A DNA stretch of 63,973 nucleotides, counting the filler, from Licmophora abbreviata (lineage: Eukaryota): the NCBI GenBank assembly GCA_900291995.1. It is 17 parts of 17 records of this genome, joined end to end, with 100 filler letters (N's around TTAATTAATTAA, not from the genome) between each part and the next. Parts side by side here need not be neighbours in the genome. Positions count along the whole stretch, not along the records: positions 54,533 to 58,057 come from OLMU01003503.1; positions 58,158 to 62,830 come from OLMU01003506.1; positions 62,931 to 63,973 come from OLMU01003533.1; 14 more parts are not named here. One strand, written 5' to 3'. The position numbers and the translations under genes were made by a program. The notes under the pieces are model-generated. The model was not told the DNA's origin and ran no database searches. It worked only from the letters and a program-made list of their open reading frames with translations. Positions 57,270-63,973 of the stretch are shown one piece after another (position 1 is the first letter of the stretch; each line of letters begins with the position of its first letter).

Positions 57270-57902
57270 ATGTTGCGTGCCATCGCTCTTTTGCTGACGA
57301 CGCTCTGCGCCCCTGCCGCCTGGGCGCATCCGCATGTCTTTGTCGATGTCACGCTGCGCTTCCTGCCCGATGCCGAGGGGCGTCTGACCGGGGTCGAGGT
57401 GACCTGGGCCTATGACGATTTCTTCTCGCTCCTCGTGCTGGAGGATCGCGGGCTGGACGCTGATGGCGATATGATCCTGACCGAAGCCGAGCGCGCGGCG
57501 CTTCTGGGGTTCGATCTGAGCGATTGGCCCGAGGGCTTCGAGGGGGCGATGTTTCTCTATGTCGGCGAGCGCAAGATTGCGCTTGGCGCGCCAAGGGCGC
57601 TGCAGGCCGGGATGGAGGGGGCGCGGATCGTCACGCGCCATGTGCGCAGCTTCGATCCGATCGATCCGGCCGGGCTGGTGGTGCGCCCCTATGATCCGTC
57701 CTATTACGCGGCGCTGAGCCTGAAGGCCGCGGGCGGGCTGCCGGATGGCTGCCGCGCCCGGATCGAACCGGCCGACACCGAGGCGGCGGATGCCATCGTG
57801 GCGAGCCTTGGCGGCACATCCAACGAGACGCTGTTCGAAGAGGTCGAGGTCGGCATCCATTACGCCGACACGCTGGAGGTCACATGCGCGCCGTCGTCCT
57901 GA
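57270..57902 (+). CDS. DUF1007 family periplasmic protein
   Basis: Signal peptide [17 protein letters not shown] and YDPSYY. Confidence 0.88.
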   Translation: MLRAIALLLTTLCAPAAWAHPHVFVDVTLRFLPDAEGRLTGVEVTWAYDDFFSLLVLEDRGLDADGDMILTEAERAALLGFDLSDWPEGFEGAMFLYVGERKIALGAPRALQAGMEGARIVTRHVRSFDPIDPAGLVVRPYDPSYYAALSLKAAGGLPDGCRARIEPADTEAADAIVASLGGTSNETLFEEVEVGIHYADTLEVTCAPSS

Positions 57903-58057
57903 GCACGGCCCTTGCCCTGCTGGCGCTGGCGGTCTGGCTTTGGGGCATGGGCGGCGCGCAGGACGTGGCGCGATGGGCCGCAGCGGGCCAGCGCGAGGTG
58001 CAAGACGCGATGGCGGGATATCTGCGGGGCCTGCGCGCGGGCGAGCCGAGCGCGCTT
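57884..58057 (+). CDS. Nickel/cobalt transporter (NicO/RcnA-like), 5' fragment
   Basis: TM helix then W...[13 protein letters not shown]; overlaps DUF1007 as in the usual gene pair. Confidence 0.6.
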
Positions 58058-58157
58058 NNNNNNNNNNNNNNNNNNNNNNNNNNNNNNNNNNNNNNNNNNN
58101 NTTAATTAATTAANNNNNNNNNNNNNNNNNNNNNNNNNNNNNNNNNNNNNNNNNNNN

Positions 58158-58679
58158 GGTACTTCATTCCCATTGGAAGTTAGCAACAGCACCCTTCCCA
58201 CGTGTCACGGAGACAGAAAGCAACATGAACCTTTCTATAGCATCCCGCTTCCAAGCGACACCCTGTTTGTTGGAGCATGTGACGACAACATTGCAACGGC
58301 AGAGTACAGGGGGTCTCTGCAATTGTACTACTTCTTCCGCCCATACCTTTACGATCGTCCAGTGGAAATACTCAACAGCTTCGTCGGCCTGTCAAGTCTG
58401 AGCAGGCTGGACTACATCGCCTACAGTGCCACAGGCTTTGAATTGAAAGCTCGGGCTCCTGAGACTGTTGCCTCTTGGGACGACTTCACGGGTCTGCATT
58501 ACCTTCTACGGGCAACTCAAAGGCGTGATATTGGAAGTTGGTTCGGAGCAGATAACCCTTGGATCACTGATATTCCTGTTGACCCTCACCACGGTTGTAT
58601 GGATGGCCCTCCCACGGACGGGGCCGCCATTCTTCTGTTTTCCATCATGTTTGATATTCACTTACTCAAGACTGGGTGA
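58158..58679 (+). CDS. 3' part of an unidentified eukaryotic protein
   Basis: Open frame from the gap to a stop with protein-like composition; no recognised motif. Confidence 0.4.
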   Translation, partial: GTSFPLEVSNSTLPTCHGDRKQHEPFYSIPLPSDTLFVGACDDNIATAEYRGSLQLYYFFRPYLYDRPVEILNSFVGLSSLSRLDYIAYSATGFELKARAPETVASWDDFTGLHYLLRATQRRDIGSWFGADNPWITDIPVDPHHGCMDGPPTDGAAILLFSIMFDIHLLKTG

Positions 58680-59462
58680 GGCAATCAACGCATCCGCCGT
58701 CATGGGTGCTACTCGTATCTTTCGGGGGACTGTGATCGTACTAAATTAAATGAGGAACAAGATGCTTAGATGATGCGTAGAGAGCTGTTCGTTAAGGGCA
58801 CTTTCTTCCGATGATTGCATAAGCGGTCGTAGCTACGAAGTATAGCTTATTCATATCCAACTTTAATCATACCTGCATTGTGTCAGGTGCAATAGAGTGA
58901 TGATGAGGTGTTGAAAGCGAAAGCAAAAAAAGCTATGACATGAAACCCCGGAGTCATTCAGTCACCCGGAGAAAATCCAACGAACCACACAGCGTTGGTC
59001 CGACGCGTGAACCGAGCGAATCGAATCAATCGATCCATCAATCGGGGCGCCACATACAACACACAACGACCGTATCGGCGCAACAGCATCAGTTGAGTAT
59101 CGCTCAAAACTGAGCTCTGGCTCACTATAATCAAAGTGTATTCTAGCAGGAAGTACCAAGCAACAGAAGGTCATGTTCGAATGTCTCAAAGCGCTTCGAT
59201 GCGGTAGATAACAGACCGCAGGATCCCTCGACCAGTCACGTGTCGGGACTCGCGGCCTATGTGTTCCTTCATGGCGCAATATTATGCCTCTCATCGCGAT
59301 CGTGAACAAACATGATCTCGATGGAGGATGTTCTTGATCACAATTTGACGACTATCACGCGTGCATCACACTGAAAGTACAAGTTGACTCTGTTTACATT
59401 GCACTTGACTTGACTCTCTAACCTCTCGCCTATAACCGTATTCAAAAGCGAAAGAAGGCATT

Positions 59463-60431
59463 ATGAAACTGGCATTTCGCCAAGAGAATGCCACGCGCTT
59501 CCAGGGGAAAGAGATTGCCAAGCTATTTCTTGTCGTCCTCGGTATGTTCTTTTTGTATTCTCGACACTCACGCAATCAGTGGACGGACGGGTTTGACCAG
59601 TTTTCGTTGTTGGAACAGGCTCCACTCCCCACGAAGATTTGGAGCGAAATGTCCCCGGTTCAACGGGATGAGGCCCTGGAGAGTGTTCTTCCATATGTCA
59701 AGTCTCTCTCGGATACGCTGAACAAGCAGCCGATCGATCGCTGGAAGGACCAAGGTCACTGTGAGGTGTTGAATGTTGGTGACCAGACATATGGAACTCA
59801 CGCCATCTGCCAGTTTCAGGTCAAGCCGGACGAGGAGTGTTCGTTCCTTTCTTTTGGAATCGAAAACGCGTACTCGTTCGATGCGCACCTGGCCGACGAT
59901 TGGGGCTGTCACGGATATGCAGCTGATCCTACAGTCGTGCACCCCTCGGAACTTCATCCAGGAGTCACCTTTCACAACGTTGCTGCCACCTTGCTGACTC
60001 CCAACAACCAGCAGCAGCAATCGAAAAAGAAGTGGTGGACAGCAAGTATGCCATCGACGAAACGCTATTTGCAGATAGAGCACCTCAATGTTCTTAAGTT
60101 TGACTGTGAAGGATGTGAGTATGCATTGTCGAGGGACATTCTTATAGAGGATCCCGAGTTTCTTCATCGTGTCGATCAGGTGACGGGAGAGTTTCATGTT
60201 TCCAACACATGGCTTAACAGTCCTGAAACTCTTTACTATTTTGGAATGCTTCTAAAGCTGCTTGATGAAGCTGGCTTTCGATTGCAAACTTCGCGTATCA
60301 GTGGCTGCAACGACAGAAACCAGAATGGCTGCATGAAGGAGCTTGCAGAAATGAGCTATCCCGGTGCATGTCAAGTGGGTGGAGCATCCGGTGCCCGCGC
60401 GTGTCACGAGTACTTGTTTTCCAAGCACTAG
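59463..60431 (+). CDS. Methyltransf_22 (METTL24-like) type II membrane methyltransferase
   Basis: N-terminal TM, FLSFGIENAYSFD, AADPT, VLKFDCEGCEY and QVTGEFH. Confidence 0.82.
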   Translation: MKLAFRQENATRFQGKEIAKLFLVVLGMFFLYSRHSRNQWTDGFDQFSLLEQAPLPTKIWSEMSPVQRDEALESVLPYVKSLSDTLNKQPIDRWKDQGHCEVLNVGDQTYGTHAICQFQVKPDEECSFLSFGIENAYSFDAHLADDWGCHGYAADPTVVHPSELHPGVTFHNVAATLLTPNNQQQQSKKKWWTASMPSTKRYLQIEHLNVLKFDCEGCEYALSRDILIEDPEFLHRVDQVTGEFHVSNTWLNSPETLYYFGMLLKLLDEAGFRLQTSRISGCNDRNQNGCMKELAEMSYPGACQVGGASGARACHEYLFSKH

Positions 60432-60744
60432 TCGGCAAACAGTCGGCAGTAGTCATTACTTTAGTAGTCTACCATCTATCAACAAGCTCTATCCTTCGTC
60501 GTGTTTAGGAGGGGTTAAAGGGTCTCTGACACATCGCAAATGCTAGAACTACCTTGCAGACGGGCTTGCTGGAAGCAAAGGACCGCGAGTCCCGTCTCCA
60601 TCTTTCGGCCCCCCGCCCCCCGCTCTACGCCAGCATGAATACATAATCGTTTGTTATTAAAAATGCAATTGTATCGTAGAGCACACCATGTATCAAGGCT
60701 ATTTGATAAGTTATTCTGGAGGCAAAACGATCGAGAGTCGTGGG

Positions 60745-61848
60745 TTATCCAGAAACTCTGTTCACAACAGAAGATTCAGATTGGTCCGTCCAATTTCTCT
60801 GTGGATACTCGTATGGCAATGATCCAGAACTCTCTAGATCTTTCACGGAGTAGAATGTGCGGGGAGTGGGGTCACGGCCGTAGGCCTTGTAGTAGAACAT
60901 CCTTGGACCAGGAGAACTTTCAATGGAAATCCCAGTCAGATTCCCCTCATCATGATGAATGATCTGTGGCTGACCAGAGACCACACGTGTGATTCGATGG
61001 TAAAACCACGATTGGTTTTGAGAATAGTTCAAAGAGACCCAAGCCAGGGCCCACTGGGCAGATATTTCCCCATAGACAAGCCCAAACTTCTTCTCGGCAC
61101 TTATTAGAGACCGACACAAGGTTCCTTGATCGTCTTCTGCAACACCAAGCTCCAGCTGGCGAAGTAGCCAGTCTACAAATAGGGAACTCACTCTGTCATT
61201 CCATTTGTACAGCAACGCAAAATTATGACACCAGAATCCTCCTGGCCTTGAGTTCGCAACAGCGAAGTCCACCTCACTACTCTCGAAGTCACGAAATGCC
61301 TCTTCCAGGGTCGTGGTCAAAAATATTGCGGTAGAGTCCACATACCATGTCGTCTGAAAGGGAGAATGCGCCAGATAGTAGATTCTACTGAACCACTGCC
61401 GAAAGACACCATCAGATCGGGAACTTTCCCCTGCGAACAGCATACTGTCTTTCACGGGAACTATCTTGTCAAACACCGCAGGCACATCTTTTCTTTCTGC
61501 GTTTGTAATCATAGCAATCTGCACGGTAGGGTTATTCGCCTTGAGCAAAGAAGCAGATTCGGCAGCCTCATTGAAGTATTTGGGTAGAGAGACGTTTGTA
61601 TCACGGCTGTAAGCACAGTATACTACACCGAAGCCCTTCTTTGCTGGCAACGTATCCCAAGCGAAAGGAGGAACTGCTGGAGTTGCTGGAGCTTCCACAG
61701 ATGTATCTGTTAAATTAATGGCATTCGTCTGTTGCTCCTGCATCTGAAGACCCGTCAAGAACGTGTTGGCGGCCAAGTGGATGGAGCGATATTGATCAAC
61801 GAAAAACACGCCACACATTACACTGAAAGCGGTGAGAATCCTCCCCAT
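60745..61848 (-). CDS. Type II membrane glycosyltransferase-like (GT-A) protein
   Basis: N-terminal anchor plus stem, GVVYCAY, SRIYYLAHSPFQTTWYVDS and DDQGTL. Confidence 0.6.
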   Translation of the reverse strand: MGRILTAFSVMCGVFFVDQYRSIHLAANTFLTGLQMQEQQTNAINLTDTSVEAPATPAVPPFAWDTLPAKKGFGVVYCAYSRDTNVSLPKYFNEAAESASLLKANNPTVQIAMITNAERKDVPAVFDKIVPVKDSMLFAGESSRSDGVFRQWFSRIYYLAHSPFQTTWYVDSTAIFLTTTLEEAFRDFESSEVDFAVANSRPGGFWCHNFALLYKWNDRVSSLFVDWLLRQLELGVAEDDQGTLCRSLISAEKKFGLVYGEISAQWALAWVSLNYSQNQSWFYHRITRVVSGQPQIIHHDEGNLTGISIESSPGPRMFYYKAYGRDPTPRTFYSVKDLESSGSLPYEYPQRNWTDQSESSVVNRVSG

Positions 61849-62311
61849 ATTGCTATGCGTCTTCTCTGACTCCTTGCTTATGAACAACCGATTTCGCTTG
61901 TTTGCTTGGGGCGAACGTGTAATTTGCCGTCCAGAGCCGCCTCTTTTTCACTTCGTAGAATGGCATTTACTGCGCGATCCAGAAAACGTTTGCACATTCA
62001 CGATCGTGTATGGATTGTTGTGAGATGCTCGGGTCCCTGGGAGGACAGTTTTGCATGCACAAATTATTAATGGATATTTATTCATTAATAAACAGTATAA
62101 TATATGACATAGGTGAACAAAATATCGTATGGGATACCAGGTAAAAGTAGTCGTATGTTAATTGTACGTACATCATGGTAGAAAACTTGTGTGGCTGAGG
62201 ATGGTAACTGCGCGCTTTTTTCAAGCGCGCGCGTAGTTACTAGTTGGCTCACAGTGATCACCGCGTAGCGTGTATGTGTGGTGGTCATTCGTCTGGATAG
62301 AAAAAGAGACC

Positions 62312-62830
62312 ATGGCGGACGAATCCAAGGAACCCGAGACCAACGCGGTCGGAGACGCTCCCGTCGCGGAGACAGAGGGCAAGAGCAATGGCAAGCATCA
62401 GCGTAAGCGGGACGAAACGCCCATTGAAGAGCTCTTTGACTTGAGCAAGCCGATCCCACGGGTACGTATCTTGTCGCGTACAGTCTTACGTGGAGAGTGT
62501 TGCTAGTAGACTACACCATGGGGTCTGACATATGTTCCTATCCACGTCAAACTGCTTCAAACAGGTCGAACGCCCGAACAAGGAGCAGTTCGAAACCGAC
62601 CTGGCCGAAATTACAGCGGCTGTCGATGCCATCAAAGAGGAGCGCCGCATCTTGCAGGAAAGCATTGACAAGACGTTGGAATCGAACCGAGGCTCCGAAG
62701 TGGGCAAGCTGCGCGAGGCTCTTTCGCAACTAAGGGCAAAGAAGGGTGCTCTCATCGACGAAAAGAAGGCCCTTCGAGCACAGGTTGACGCCACGAGATC
62801 CCAGGCTGACAAGATTGTCAAGGACAAGAA
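62312..62830 (+). CDS. Bfr1-like coiled-coil protein (3' partial; intron 62462-62564)
   Basis: KRDETPIEELFDLSKPIPR|VERPNKEQF followed by a coiled coil. Confidence 0.6.
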
Positions 62831-63020
62831 NNNNNNNNNNNNNNNNNNNNNNNNNNNNNNNNNNNNNNNNNNNNTTAATTAATTAANNNNNNNNNNNNNN
62901 NNNNNNNNNNNNNNNNNNNNNNNNNNNNNNGATGGATGGGGCCCCGAGTGGGACGAACAAGTCCAAGTTCCTACTCCCCGACTCGCACCCCTCTATACCT
63001 TTACACGTCAAGTCAAGTGT

Positions 63021-63968
63021 TTGGTATCCATTCTGCACAAGGCCAAAAAGAAACCCCTCGCTTCCCAACTACAAGCCCTCCCCTCCACGGCAGTCTCGCG
63101 TCGGACCGGCTTTTCCACCTGTTGGCCCGCGCGAGTGCAATTTCGAATGCCTCATCCAGTACGTGATGCTACTACTGGTACTAGCAGTAGCACCATGTCC
63201 GGGCGGAATAGCAATGATGTCAATGGTACGGAAGAACAGTGTTTGGAAGCAGAAGTCATGTTGACAGAGGAACAATGCATATACATTCAACCCTATGCGG
63301 CACACTTGTTGCCTCCCTATGTGGCAAAGCTCATCGTCAATCATGACAGCAATAAAAAGGATGATACTGGAGGGATGTGGTTGAAGGCAGCAAAGCATTT
63401 GCGATTGTGGAAGGAAGTACCAGAGGAAACGGGAGTTTTGCATCCAAACTTTGCGGAAGCGTGGGAATGTGCCAATGCAGATACGACTATTGTGGGTGTG
63501 TTGGGAGGAGAGCAATTCCCCTTGCAGGCGGGAACGCTCTTGTTGGAGCGATATAGAGTGTTCTCTCAAGAAGGGTATATCGATGACATGAGGGATGGGT
63601 GTCTGGTAGATTGGAGTGAACATCAGACTCCAGAGTATGTGGCACGACGAGCACGGCAACACATAAATGACGAGGATGACAACTATTTAAGGGAGGCCGC
63701 AGATGCGAGCGAGGACGACGACGACGCTCATGTCAATTCTTGCGTTCAACCCGCTTCACTACCGGCCGATCAAGATGAGAGTGACATTAGCAAACTGGAG
63801 TATTATGCATCATCCGACTCTGAAGTCAAACCCTTGGCCTTCGTCGGCGGGCCATTGACTGTCAACAGCAACATGGATGACGCGCGCGGGGACGATAGCT
63901 CGGTGGACTCGATCGTCAGGGTAAGCGTTGCTGCAGGACGTAAATGTGGCTGCTCCAGCAATGAATGA
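63021..63968 (+). CDS. Uncharacterised protein (start uncertain)
   Basis: 315-codon ORF with an acidic C-terminal half and no recognised motif. Confidence 0.45.
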   Translation: MVSILHKAKKKPLASQLQALPSTAVSRRTGFSTCWPARVQFRMPHPVRDATTGTSSSTMSGRNSNDVNGTEEQCLEAEVMLTEEQCIYIQPYAAHLLPPYVAKLIVNHDSNKKDDTGGMWLKAAKHLRLWKEVPEETGVLHPNFAEAWECANADTTIVGVLGGEQFPLQAGTLLLERYRVFSQEGYIDDMRDGCLVDWSEHQTPEYVARRARQHINDEDDNYLREAADASEDDDDAHVNSCVQPASLPADQDESDISKLEYYASSDSEVKPLAFVGGPLTVNSNMDDARGDDSSVDSIVRVSVAAGRKCGCSSNE

Positions 63969-63973
63969 ACCCA

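Larger units (their letters stand above)
48087..58057. other. Block of bacterial (Rhodobacteraceae-like) contigs within a eukaryotic assembly
   Basis: Abrupt shift to high GC, intronless operon-like genes with GGAGG RBS, and linkers on both sides. Confidence 0.92.

Noticed and set aside
48087..58057. Horizontal transfer of a bacterial island into the diatom
   Set aside because: No sequenced junction, no compositional amelioration or introns, and the content is ordinary bacterial chromosomal genes.
62210..62230. GCGCGCTT/AAGCGCGC hairpin in a divergent promoter
   Set aside because: A single short inverted repeat that could arise by chance.
2408..62930. Recurring TTAATTAATTAA flanked by Ns (16 copies)
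   Set aside because: Artificial 100-bp contig linker with stops in all six frames; not a biological repeat or CRISPR array.

Overview
This is a concatenated assembly window. Sixteen artificial 100-bp linkers (N44-TTAATTAATTAA-N44) join 17 sequence pieces, and several linkers fall inside genes (SRPRB, HIR/band-7, M11 protease, GST-like gene, repeat protein, truA-like gene, PhoD, uvrB). Most of the window (1-47986 and 58158-63973) is gene-dense, moderate-GC eukaryotic DNA with short GT-AG introns and bipartite plastid-targeting presequences, consistent with a diatom nuclear genome. Positions 48087-58057 are GC-rich, intronless, RBS-bearing alphaproteobacterial DNA of Rhodobacteraceae type (uvrB, ppk2, USP, ABM, DUF1007, beta-helix protein), most likely a co-assembled bacterium. 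The most notable item is a secreted protein with a signal peptide, three RXL motifs, long GPGSKS and GGKKGSS repeat arrays and three Cys-rich modules; it is a candidate biosilica, adhesive or elastomeric protein. Other highlights are a CDK-like pseudokinase lacking all catalytic motifs, a DHYC palmitoyltransferase with a degenerate Zn-binding region, a truA-IBA57-miaB gene neighbourhood, CtrA boxes upstream of two uncharacterised bacterial genes, and palindromic elements, one inside a coding region. All family assignments come from motif recognition, not database searches.
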